This document shows, in pieces, positions 1-8,962 of a DNA stretch of 64,000 bases (position 1 is its first letter; every line of letters begins with the position of its first letter). The translations under genes and the position numbers were made by a program. Origin of the DNA: Planctomycetota bacterium (lineage in GTDB: Bacteria > Planctomycetota > JAJSAM01); assembly GCA_024274785.1 (NCBI GenBank), contig JAJSAM010000036.1:14748-78747 (forward strand), read 5' to 3'. Below the pieces are notes generated by a model. That model saw only the letters and a list, made by a program, of their open reading frames with translations. It made no database searches and was not told the origin of the DNA.

Positions 1-4
1 CCAG

Positions 5-1222
5 GTGAGCGGTGAAGATCGGGACATTCCCTGCAACCGTTCCGAACTCCTGCTCGAGATCTACCGCCGCTACTTCACCACCGGCGGAAAAACGAAAGCT
101 CGGCTCTTCAACGGTTTCGAGCTGACGGACGAGCACATCGACGACATGGCGGAGAACTTCTGGCGCTGCACCGCCTGCCGACGCTGCAAGCTCGAGTGCC
201 CGATGGGGATCGACCACGGCCTGCTCACTCATCTCGGTCGCTGGATCATCGCCGAGATCGGCATCGTCCCGAAAGCGCTGGTCGTCTCGGTCCGGGAGCA
301 GCTCGAAGGGGAGACGAAAAACACCTCCGCCATCCCCGTCCCGGCCCTGAAGGACAACTGCGATTTCCTGGAGGACGAGTTCGAGGAGATCTATGGCATC
401 CGGGTGCCCTTCCCCATCGACACTCCGAACCCGGAGTGGGTGTTCTTCCCGGCGGTGTCCGACTACCTGCTCGAGCCCGACACCCTGATGGGCGTCGCCG
501 CCGTGATGTGGATCACGGGGGGCTCCTGGACGATCGGCACCGGCAACTTCGACGGGATCAACTACGGGCTGTTCTACAGCGACCGCATGCTGGGCCGGAT
601 CATCAGGGCGGAGGCCGACGAGGTCAGGCGCCTGAACGGCAGCGGCGTGCTGGTCGGCGAGTGCGGCCACGCTTCCCGGGCCGCGAAGGGTTTCCTGCCG
701 ACCTATGCCGGCGGGAAGGACGCCCCGAATGTTCTGAACATCATGCAGTACACCCACCGGATGTGGAAGGAGGGGAAGCTTGAGCTGATCGAGAACGCGA
801 TCAGGGAGCGGACCACCTACCACGACCCCTGCAACCTCGCCCGCAACGGGTGGATTACCGAGGAGCCGCGCGAGATCCTGAATCACATCTGCGAAGACTT
901 CGTCGAGATGACCCCGAACCGTACGGAAGCCTACTGCTGCGGTGGTGGTGGCGGCGCGGTCTCCATCGACGAAATCCGCGAGTTCCGCACGAAGACCGGC
1001 GGCAAGACCAAGGCCGACCAGATCCGCACCACCGGCGCCCGGTGGGTCGTCGCCCCCTGCGCCAACTGCAAGAAGCAGGTCGCCGAGGTCATCGAGGACA
1101 ACGGTCTCGCGGAGCAGGCCGAAGTGACCGGATTGCACGACCTGATCATGAAGAGTATCGACTGGGAGAAGCTCCGCAAGGAGCGCGGCATCGAGATGCC
1201 GACTGAGCAGGAGGATTCGTAG
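5..1222 (+). CDS. HmcF/TmcB/DsrK-like Fe-S oxidoreductase with CCG domain (5'-partial, runs off window start)
   Basis: CTACRRCKLECP ferredoxin motif; HDPCNL, YCCGGG and APCANC CCG motifs; frame open to the window edge. Confidence 0.85.
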   Translation: MSGEDRDIPCNRSELLLEIYRRYFTTGGKTKARLFNGFELTDEHIDDMAENFWRCTACRRCKLECPMGIDHGLLTHLGRWIIAEIGIVPKALVVSVREQLEGETKNTSAIPVPALKDNCDFLEDEFEEIYGIRVPFPIDTPNPEWVFFPAVSDYLLEPDTLMGVAAVMWITGGSWTIGTGNFDGINYGLFYSDRMLGRIIRAEADEVRRLNGSGVLVGECGHASRAAKGFLPTYAGGKDAPNVLNIMQYTHRMWKEGKLELIENAIRERTTYHDPCNLARNGWITEEPREILNHICEDFVEMTPNRTEAYCCGGGGGAVSIDEIREFRTKTGGKTKADQIRTTGARWVVAPCANCKKQVAEVIEDNGLAEQAEVTGLHDLIMKSIDWEKLRKERGIEMPTEQEDS

Positions 1223-1225
1223 GCC

Positions 1226-1927
1226 ATGGAAGATTGGCTCGCCATCGCTCGTGGACCGGCGTTCCGGTTCGCCATCATGATCATGATCCTGGGGGCCCTT
1301 CGGGACCTCATCGTGACCGCGCTGTCGGTGCACACGATCATGGCCCGCGCCGGGGACAAGACCCTTCCCCTCAGGGCCATCCGGAAGGCCACGCTCGGCT
1401 GGCTGTTTCCCCTCGAGCACCTCCGCCAGAGCCGGGTCTTCACCGCCGCCTCGATCACTTTCCACGCAGGGGTGGTTCTCGCCCCCCTCTTCCTCATGTC
1501 CCACGTACTGTTGATCGACCAGGCGATCGGGCTCTCCTGGCCGACCCTCCCGAACATCCTCGCCGACATCCTGACCCTCGGCGCCATCGTCGGGATGACA
1601 GTGGTGTTCGTGCTGCGGGTATCGACCGGTGAAGGATGGGCGCTCTCGCGCGGGTCGGACTACACGATCCTCATCCTCACCACGCTCCCCTTCCTCTCCG
1701 GCTTCCTGGTCATGCACCCCGGTCTGAACCCCTTTCCGTTCCAGGCAACCATGCTGGTGCACGTCCTCTCCGGTTGCCTGATCCTGGCGATCCTGCCGTT
1801 CACCAAGCTGATCCACGTGGTAATCCTGCCGGCCACGCAGCTCGTCTCCGAAGCGGGCTGGCACTTCCCGCCGGACGCGGGTGAGAAAGTCGGCGCGGCG
1901 CTCGGGAAGGAGAATCAGCCGATATGA
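1226..1927 (+). CDS. HmcE/TmcC-like membrane cytochrome b (nitrate reductase gamma-subunit family)
   Basis: Several TM helices with His residues (ITFHAG, MLVHVLSG) and a C-terminal PFTKLIH motif; follows the CCG protein. Confidence 0.8.
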   Translation: MEDWLAIARGPAFRFAIMIMILGALRDLIVTALSVHTIMARAGDKTLPLRAIRKATLGWLFPLEHLRQSRVFTAASITFHAGVVLAPLFLMSHVLLIDQAIGLSWPTLPNILADILTLGAIVGMTVVFVLRVSTGEGWALSRGSDYTILILTTLPFLSGFLVMHPGLNPFPFQATMLVHVLSGCLILAILPFTKLIHVVILPATQLVSEAGWHFPPDAGEKVGAALGKENQPI

Positions 1928-2730
1928 AACCAGCCGCAAAGCACCACTGGGCGATCCTCACCGACGTCACGAAGTGCATCGGTTGCGAATCCTGTGTCGA
2001 AGGTTGCCGCGGGGCGAACCACACCGGCCGGGACCAGCCGTGGACCTGGCAGAACGGTGTCCGTGACCTTTCCGCCAGCCGCTGGACCACGATCGACCGC
2101 CTGCCCGGCAACCACTACGTCCGCCGCCAGTGCCGGCACTGCGTCTCCCCGGCCTGCGCCTCCGCCTGCCCCGTCGGCGCCCTGAAGAAAACGCCGGAGG
2201 GGCCGGTAGTCTACGACGCGTCGATCTGCATGGGCTGCCGCTACTGCATGATGGCCTGCCCGTTTCAGATCCCCCGGTACTCGTGGGACTCCGCCATCCC
2301 CGCGGTGCGTAAGTGCGTGCTCTGCCACGACCGCATCGAAAGCGGAGAGGCAAGGGAGCCCGCCTGCACCTCGGCCTGCCCCGTGGACGCCACGATCTTC
2401 GGCACCCGCGAGGAACTGCTGAAGGTGGCGAAGCAGCGCATCGCCGCGAATCCGAACGTCTACCGGAGCCACATCTGGGGCGAGCACGAAGCGGGCGGCA
2501 CGGGCATCCTGACGATCTCCGACGTGGATATCCCCCTGCCGAACACCGTGCCCACCGACCCGCTGCCGGAGCGAACCTGGGCCGCCCTCCGGACCGTACC
2601 GTTCGTGTTCCTCGGCGTCGGCGCGGGAATGGTCGGGTTGCGCTGGCTCCTGGGCCGCCGGGATCAGCTTCGCCTGGCCGAAGAGAAGGCCCGGGCCGCG
2701 GAGGCGTCCGCAGAGAAGAGTGAGGAATGA
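1924..2730 (+). CDS. HmcB/HybA-like 4x[4Fe-4S] protein with C-terminal TM anchor
   Basis: CIGCESCVEGC, CRHCVSPACASACP, CMGCRYCMMACP, KCVLC..PACTSACP; hydrophobic C-tail. Confidence 0.88.
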   Translation: MKPAAKHHWAILTDVTKCIGCESCVEGCRGANHTGRDQPWTWQNGVRDLSASRWTTIDRLPGNHYVRRQCRHCVSPACASACPVGALKKTPEGPVVYDASICMGCRYCMMACPFQIPRYSWDSAIPAVRKCVLCHDRIESGEAREPACTSACPVDATIFGTREELLKVAKQRIAANPNVYRSHIWGEHEAGGTGILTISDVDIPLPNTVPTDPLPERTWAALRTVPFVFLGVGAGMVGLRWLLGRRDQLRLAEEKARAAEASAEKSEE

Positions 2731-4643
2731 ACGATCAGGGAAGTACCCGGCTTCGCGTGGCGAAGGGCGCCCTCTGGTTCTTCGTCGGTGTCGCCGCGGT
2801 CGTCGCCGTGGCCCGGTTCCTGGCCGGACTCGGCGCGGTGACGAACCTCACCGACCGGACTCCCTGGGGGCTCTGGATCGGCTTCGACGTCATGGGCGGT
2901 GTCGCACTTGCCGCGGGCGGTTTCGTCATCGCGGCGACGGTCTACGTCTTCCGCGGTGAGCGGTTCCGCCCGCTGCTTCGCCCCGCGGTCCTCACCGCGT
3001 TCCTCGGCTACATGGCCGTGGCGGTCGGGCTGCTCTTCGACATCGGCCGTCCCTGGAACATCTGGCGACCGATGTTCTTCTGGCAGCATCACTCCGCGCT
3101 GTTCGAGGTGGCGTGGTGCGTCATGCTCTACCTGACGGTGCTGGCGCTCGAGTTCGCGCCGGTGCCCCTTGAGAGCAGCAGGTTCCACAGGCTCACGAAA
3201 GCGCTGAAGAGCGCGACGCTGCCGCTGGTCATCCTCGGGATCATGCTCTCGACGCTGCACCAGTCTTCGCTCGGCACGCTGTTCCTGATCGCCCCGGCCC
3301 GCGTGCACCCGTTGTGGTACACGCCGATCCTGCCGGTGCTGTTCCTCATCACCGCGGTGGGGCTCGGCATGGGCATGGTCATCGTCGAATCAAAGGTCAC
3401 GGCGTGGCTCTACCGGCGCAAAGCGGAGGACGAGATCCTCAACAACCTGACAAAGCCCCTCGCCGTCACACTCCTGCTCTACGGCGCGGTGCGGCTGATA
3501 GATCTGCTCGTCCGAGGCCAGGGCGGATTCCTCTTCGACGGTTCCTGGGAGAGCACGCTGTTCTGGTTCGAAATGCTGATTTCCGCCGGCCTGCCGACGC
3601 TCCTGATCCTCGGAGGATTCACCGCCCGCAGTGGCCGGGCCCTCTTCTTCGTCGGCCTGCTCGTCGTCTTCGGATTCGTCCTGCACCGCATCAACGTCGG
3701 CGGGGTTTCCGGCATCGGTCTGACCGACACCGGGTACTTCCCGTCCTGGGAGGAGGTCGCCACCAGCCTGGGGGTGGTGTCCGCGGCGACCCTGGCATTC
3801 CTGTTCATCATCGAGCGGTTCCACGTCTACGAGCCGGGAACGGAAGAGGTGCTCGCCGAGGCTGAAGTCACCGTCGACCGCGTCCGGTATCTGCCGCCGA
3901 TGGCCACGCTTCGCTCCTCGACCATGCTCTTCGTCATCGGCGCTTCGCTCGCCTTCGCCCTCCTGCCGGACGGCCTGGTGTTCGGCGCCAGACCGGAGAA
4001 GACACCGGTCGCCGGGCCCCGGCGTGTGCTGGCCGAGCTGGTTTCGCAGGACCGGCCGCCGCACCGGTTCATGAAGCTCGACCTCGACGCCGAGCGGGTC
4101 GGCGGAGACATCCACGAGGCGCTGCTGCTCGACGGCAACCGCAACGGCGAGTTCGCGGTCTTCGACCACGACGCCCACGCCAAGCGCCGCGGTGGCGCGG
4201 CCGCCTGCGCGGACTGCCACCACCTGAACCGACCGTCGGACCGCGAAACGAGTTGCTTCGAATGCCACCGGGATCAGTACCTCGAGACCGACATCTTCCG
4301 TCACCAGCGTCACGTCGAGTCGCTCGGCGGAAACGGCGCGTGCGCGGAGTGCCACACCGACTTGAATGCGACACGTACCCGGAAGAATGTCACCCACTGC
4401 ACGGAGTGCCACCGGGACATGGTGGGGATCGGACTGAAAGCCCTGATTCCACCGCCCGGAAAAGACTCCGACTTCCACGCACCGTCCTACACGGACGCTA
4501 TGCACGGACTCTGCAAGAAGTGCCACGACGAGGAAGACGAGAAAGCCGGCGTCACGATTCCGACCCTCGGACTCTGCGGCACCTGCCACACGGAACCCGC
4601 GGATCTCCGGCCCCGGCGTTCGCGGACGGTGAAGGAGGACTGA
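2727..4643 (+). CDS. HmcC/HybB (NrfD family) membrane subunit fused to a C-terminal hexaheme cytochrome c domain
   Basis: PWGLWIGFDVMGGVALAAGGF, DIGRPW and HQSSLG NrfD motifs; six CxxCH motifs (CADCH, CFECH, CAECH, CTECH, CKKCH, CGTCH). Confidence 0.88.
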   Translation: MNDQGSTRLRVAKGALWFFVGVAAVVAVARFLAGLGAVTNLTDRTPWGLWIGFDVMGGVALAAGGFVIAATVYVFRGERFRPLLRPAVLTAFLGYMAVAVGLLFDIGRPWNIWRPMFFWQHHSALFEVAWCVMLYLTVLALEFAPVPLESSRFHRLTKALKSATLPLVILGIMLSTLHQSSLGTLFLIAPARVHPLWYTPILPVLFLITAVGLGMGMVIVESKVTAWLYRRKAEDEILNNLTKPLAVTLLLYGAVRLIDLLVRGQGGFLFDGSWESTLFWFEMLISAGLPTLLILGGFTARSGRALFFVGLLVVFGFVLHRINVGGVSGIGLTDTGYFPSWEEVATSLGVVSAATLAFLFIIERFHVYEPGTEEVLAEAEVTVDRVRYLPPMATLRSSTMLFVIGASLAFALLPDGLVFGARPEKTPVAGPRRVLAELVSQDRPPHRFMKLDLDAERVGGDIHEALLLDGNRNGEFAVFDHDAHAKRRGGAAACADCHHLNRPSDRETSCFECHRDQYLETDIFRHQRHVESLGGNGACAECHTDLNATRTRKNVTHCTECHRDMVGIGLKALIPPPGKDSDFHAPSYTDAMHGLCKKCHDEEDEKAGVTIPTLGLCGTCHTEPADLRPRRSRTVKED

Positions 4644-4649
4644 TCGATC

Positions 4650-5045
4650 ATGGTCGATGCCCGGCGAATACTCGTGGTGGAGGACGAGGAGGACATCTCC
4701 CGTTATCTGGCCGCCGCGCTCGAAGACGGAGGCTACGAGGTGGAGGCCGCCTTCGACGCCGTCTCGGGGCTCAAGGCCATCGAAGCGCAGCGGCCGGACC
4801 TGGTGTGCCTGGACATCGTCATGCCGGGACCGACCGGGCTCTCGCTCTACCGCGAGATCCGGGAGAACGCGGAACTCGCCGGGATGCCCATCGTGGTGGT
4901 CTCCGGGCTGAATCCGGCCGACGCGGAGTCTTCGCTCGGCTTCGGTGAAACGCTGCCGGCGCCGGAGGCATTCATCGAGAAGCCGGTCGACATTCAGGAA
5001 CTGATCAACGCCGTGAGACGGCTGCTCGCCGCCCGAGGGAAGTAA
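4650..5045 (+). CDS. Single-domain response regulator (REC)
   Basis: ILVVEDE, CLDIVMPG (phospho-Asp), FIEKPV. Confidence 0.92.
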   Translation: MVDARRILVVEDEEDISRYLAAALEDGGYEVEAAFDAVSGLKAIEAQRPDLVCLDIVMPGPTGLSLYREIRENAELAGMPIVVVSGLNPADAESSLGFGETLPAPEAFIEKPVDIQELINAVRRLLAARGK

Positions 5046-5046
5046 G

Positions 5047-6498
5047 ATGATTGCCCCGACCTACGAGAACTGGCTCGAGACCGAACTCTTCGAGAACGCC
5101 CCGCTGAACATCTCGGTCATCGACCGGGACTACAACATCGTCAAAGCCAACTTGAACTTCGTCACACTCTTCGGCGAGGCGCGCGGACGCAAGTGCTTCG
5201 AGGTCCACATGCGCCGGGATCAGGTCTGCGAGAGTTGCTCGGTTGCAAGGACCTTCGCGGACGGCAAGGTTCGAGTGAACGAGGAGATCGGGGTCGACGT
5301 TTCCGGACGCACCGCCCATTACCTGGTCCACGTCGCCCCCATCCGGAGCAAGGATGGACGGATCGACTACGTCATCGAGATGTCGACCGATATCACCGAA
5401 ACGAAGCGGCTGAAGCTCGAGTACCAGACGCTCTTCGAACAGGTCCCCTGCTACGTCACGGTGCTGAACCGCGACTTGCGTGTCATTCGGGCCAACCGGC
5501 GTTTCCGGAAGAAGTTCGGAGAGGTCTCCGGCACCCACTGCTACGAGGCCTTCAAGCACCAGATCCGGGCGTGCCGGACCTGCCCGGCGCAGGAAACCTT
5601 CGAAGATGGGCAGATTCACACTTCCGAGCAGGTGGGCGTCGCGAAGGACGGGGAGACCACCCACTACGTGGTGACCACGGCGCCGGCGTCGCGGGGTGAT
5701 GCGGGGTTCTCGCACGTCATCGAGATGGCGGTGGACGTCACCGCGCTGCGCCGGGCGGAGCGGGAGAGAATCGACGCCGAGCGCCTGGCCGCGGTGGGCC
5801 GGACCGTCGCGGGCCTGGCGCACGGCATCAAGAACATCCTCACCGGACTCGAGGGCGGGATGTACTTCCTCGAGTCGGGACTCCAGGGGGGGAAGAAGGA
5901 ACGCCTCGACGAGGGCTGGGGAATGCTCACGCGAAACATGGAGAAGATCTCGGTCCTGGTGCGCAACCTCCTCTCGTTCTCCAAGGGACGGGTCCCCCGG
6001 GTGGAGTTGAACCGGCCCGAGGAACTGGTCGCCGAGATGATCGCGCTCTACCGGGATGCGGCGGAGGCGGAGGGGATCACGGTGGTGGCGGAGGTAGCGG
6101 ATCGTCCCGCGCCAGCGCCCTACGATGCCGAGTCGATCCATACGTGCCTGGCCAACCTCGTATCGAACGCAGTGGACGCCTGCCGGATGGGTGGAAGAAC
6201 GCCCTGCCGGGTGTTCGTGCGGGCCAGGGATGAGAACGGCGCCCTCGTGTTCGAGGTGGAGGACGAAGGTTGCGGCATGGACCAGGAGGTCAGGAAACTG
6301 GCCTTCACGAACTTCTTTTCGACGAAGGGCTCCGGGGGAACGGGTCTCGGACTGCTCCTGACGCGAAAGATCTCGCAGGAGCATGGCGGACGGGTCGAAT
6401 TCGACTCGACGCCGGGCCGGGGCTCGGTGTTTCGGCTGATTTTCCCACGGGATCGACTCCCCAGGCCGGATCAGGATGCCGGCGAGGAAGGTGCATAA
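5047..6498 (+). CDS. Cytoplasmic PAS-PAS sensor histidine kinase
   Basis: Two PAS domains each carrying a Cys triad; H-box LAHGIKNIL; N/G boxes NLVSNAVDA, DEGCGM, GTGLGL; no TM segment. Confidence 0.92.
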   Translation: MIAPTYENWLETELFENAPLNISVIDRDYNIVKANLNFVTLFGEARGRKCFEVHMRRDQVCESCSVARTFADGKVRVNEEIGVDVSGRTAHYLVHVAPIRSKDGRIDYVIEMSTDITETKRLKLEYQTLFEQVPCYVTVLNRDLRVIRANRRFRKKFGEVSGTHCYEAFKHQIRACRTCPAQETFEDGQIHTSEQVGVAKDGETTHYVVTTAPASRGDAGFSHVIEMAVDVTALRRAERERIDAERLAAVGRTVAGLAHGIKNILTGLEGGMYFLESGLQGGKKERLDEGWGMLTRNMEKISVLVRNLLSFSKGRVPRVELNRPEELVAEMIALYRDAAEAEGITVVAEVADRPAPAPYDAESIHTCLANLVSNAVDACRMGGRTPCRVFVRARDENGALVFEVEDEGCGMDQEVRKLAFTNFFSTKGSGGTGLGLLLTRKISQEHGGRVEFDSTPGRGSVFRLIFPRDRLPRPDQDAGEEGA

Positions 6499-6962
6499 TG
6501 ACGACGACCGGGAAGCTCGTGCTGGTGGTGGATGACGAGGAGGATGTCCGCAGGTACCTCGCCGCAATCCTCGAGGACGGCGGTTTCGAAGTCCAGACCG
6601 CCGCGGACGGCAACGTGGCACTCGAATTCGTCGAGACACGCTCCCCCGACCTGATCTCACTCGACCTGGTGATGCCGCAGAAGAGCGGCCAACGGTTCCT
6701 CTATGCGCTCCGGCGCAACCGGGCCTGGTCGGGCATCCCGGTGCTGATCGTTACCGGCCACGCCCACGACGACCTCGGCCGGAACGACCTCGACGACATC
6801 CTCGCCGGCAAGATGATCTCCGGCCCGAAGGTCTACCTCGAGAAGCCGGTGAGCCCGGACAGCTACGTCCGCGCCGTCAGGCGGCAACTCGGCGTCGAGG
6901 AGGAGGACACCGGGGCCCCGACGCTCCCCTCCGCAGGCCCGCGAAAGAGGGGTCAGGTCTGA
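6498..6962 (+). CDS. Single-domain response regulator (REC)
   Basis: ATG overlaps the kinase stop (TAATG); LVVDDE, SLDLVMP, YLEKPV. Confidence 0.88.
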   Translation: MTTTGKLVLVVDDEEDVRRYLAAILEDGGFEVQTAADGNVALEFVETRSPDLISLDLVMPQKSGQRFLYALRRNRAWSGIPVLIVTGHAHDDLGRNDLDDILAGKMISGPKVYLEKPVSPDSYVRAVRRQLGVEEEDTGAPTLPSAGPRKRGQV

Positions 6963-7036
6963 CATTTGTCAGGTTCAAGACATTTTCCTTCCGGCCAGAT
7001 TCTGGCAGACTCCAGACAAATGTCAGACCTGACCCC
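6949..7036. repeat. 88-bp element with perfect 22-bp terminal inverted repeats (REP/MITE-like)
   Basis: GGGGTCAGGTCTGACATTTGTC (6949-6970) and GACAAATGTCAGACCTGACCCC (7015-7036) with a 44-nt spacer. Confidence 0.85.
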
Positions 7037-7781
7037 GGCCTATCTCCGCGAGTTGCTCGATCCTCTCGGTTTCGATCCCGTCGAGGCCAACCGGCTCGTG
7101 CGACTGATGACGGTCATCGACGGCTTGCCTCCCCCACCGGACCCGATCGGCCTCTACCCGGCCTACGATGAGCACCTCCAGGCCTTCCGCGCCGCGGCCC
7201 ATGGTGACGACGGAGAGAGAGTCGAGGAGACCTTTCTCGCCCTGTACTGCCACCTGCACGGCCACGAGGCTCCGTACTCCGAGGCGGAGCGGCGCCTCGT
7301 CCGCGAGACCGGCGGCTACTGGGCCCATGCCGGCGGCCTCTCCCCCGTTCTCAAAGCCGGCCCACTCATCGGACCGAACGACGTCGTGGGGGATTTCGGT
7401 GCCGGCAACGGCCTGCAGGGACTGTTGATGCAGGTGTTGGACCCGCATGCGCTGACGATCCAGATCGAGGTCTCGGAGCGGATGATCACGGCCGGTCGCG
7501 CCTTGCAGAAGTGGTTCGAAATCCCGCCGGAGAGAGTCGATTGGATCGCCGGCGATGTCCTCGACGCCACCCCACGCGGCATGGACTTCATCTACCTCTA
7601 CCGCCCGGTCAGACCCGTCGGAAAAGGGCGCCGGTTCTACGAACACTTCGCCTCGGAACTCGTCGCGGAGCGGCGCCCGGTGATCATCTTCAGCATCGCC
7701 GACTGCCTGCGGGAGTTCCTGCCGGAGGAATTCACGGTATTCTACGGTGACGGCCACCTGACCTGCTATCGGCGACGTTGA
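7020..7781 (+). CDS. Class I SAM-dependent methyltransferase, substrate unknown
   Basis: VVGDFGAGNG motif I, WIAGDV, DFIYLYRP; start uncertain (7020 vs 6966). Confidence 0.7.
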   Translation: MSDLTPAYLRELLDPLGFDPVEANRLVRLMTVIDGLPPPPDPIGLYPAYDEHLQAFRAAAHGDDGERVEETFLALYCHLHGHEAPYSEAERRLVRETGGYWAHAGGLSPVLKAGPLIGPNDVVGDFGAGNGLQGLLMQVLDPHALTIQIEVSERMITAGRALQKWFEIPPERVDWIAGDVLDATPRGMDFIYLYRPVRPVGKGRRFYEHFASELVAERRPVIIFSIADCLREFLPEEFTVFYGDGHLTCYRRR

Positions 7782-7906
7782 AGCCGGCCCGCTCCCGTTC
7801 ACGGCCGGGATGGCGCGTCGGATTGCGGACCACCGTCGATCCCGATCAGAATGGCGGCTTTCCTGAGCATACGCAACATTCCAGCCGGATCTCATACACT
7901 GTGGCG

Positions 7907-8731
7907 ATGAGCCTGCTCAACGACGACACATTCAAGAACCAGACCGCCATCGTGACCGGTGGTGGAACCGGCCTCGGCCTCGCAGTCTCCAGCCGACTCG
8001 GGCGCATGGGCGCCACGGTCGTTTGTGTGAGCCGCAACACCGGGCACCACACCGAACTCCTGGCGCGGGGCGAGCAGGAGGGCTTTCCCGTCGTGAGCCG
8101 GGCGCTCGACGTCCGCGACGCCAGGGCGGTGAAGACCGTGGTCCGGGAGATTCGCGACACCTGCGGCGGAATCGACGTCCTGGTCAACAACGCCGCCGGC
8201 AACTTCATCCGCCCGGCCATGATGCTGGCCCCCCGGGCTTTTGCGAGTGTGATCGACATCGCGTTGAACGGCGTCTTCTACATGTCGCGCGAGGTCGGCC
8301 GCGTCATGCGGGACACCGGCGGCAGAATCGTGAACATTTCCGCACCATACGCCGCAACCGGCAAGCCCGGGGTGGTGCACTCCGCCTGCGCAAAGGCCGG
8401 CGTCGAGGCGATGACGAAAACGCTCGCCTCGGAGTGGGCGGGCTACGGCATCCGCGTGAACGCCGTGTCGCCGGGCCCCTTCGTCTCCGCGGGCGCGGCG
8501 GATCGGCTCTGGCCGTCGAAGGAGATGGAAAAAGCGATCCTCGGCCAGATACCGCTCGGCCGTTTCGGCACGACAGGAGAGGTGGCGGACCTGGTCTGTC
8601 TCCTGGCGAGCAACGATGTGCCGTGGATGACCGGCACCATTCTCCTCGCCGACGGCGGCTGGTCCCTCCCGGATCCCATGATGAATCCGGAAGATGGCAG
8701 AATCGACCGGCGGCGACAGTCTTCCGACTGA
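7907..8731 (+). CDS. SDR oxidoreductase, 2,4-dienoyl-CoA reductase-like
   Basis: TGGGTGLG, NNAAGNF and HSACAK (Tyr-less catalytic motif typical of DECR-like SDRs); TACACT -10 box 6 nt before the ATG. Confidence 0.82.
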   Translation: MSLLNDDTFKNQTAIVTGGGTGLGLAVSSRLGRMGATVVCVSRNTGHHTELLARGEQEGFPVVSRALDVRDARAVKTVVREIRDTCGGIDVLVNNAAGNFIRPAMMLAPRAFASVIDIALNGVFYMSREVGRVMRDTGGRIVNISAPYAATGKPGVVHSACAKAGVEAMTKTLASEWAGYGIRVNAVSPGPFVSAGAADRLWPSKEMEKAILGQIPLGRFGTTGEVADLVCLLASNDVPWMTGTILLADGGWSLPDPMMNPEDGRIDRRRQSSD

Positions 8732-8783
8732 ACCCGCTGCCCGTATTCCCACCCATGTCCGTGCCACGGGCTTCACGGGGTAA

Positions 8784-8941
8784 GGGCTCGCGCAAGAATG
8801 AGTTCGCGGGCCAAGGAGCGCTGCGGCACCCGTCCAGCAAGGCGCGAGGTGGGCGCAACCTTACTGGTTTCAACAGACGAGCAACGCGGCTTGAAGGGAT
8901 GCAGCGGCCCTCGAATGCAGCAGTTATTCCCAGACAGACGG
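8784..8941 (+). mobile_element. MITE/REP-like palindromic element, copy 1 (right end diverged)
   Basis: Shares the core GCAAGGCGCGAGG..CGCAACCTTACTGGTTTCAAC.GACGAGCAACGC with copies at 28192, 38138 and 44097. Confidence 0.75.
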
Positions 8942-8962
8942 GACGAGACCTGTATCGGCGGC

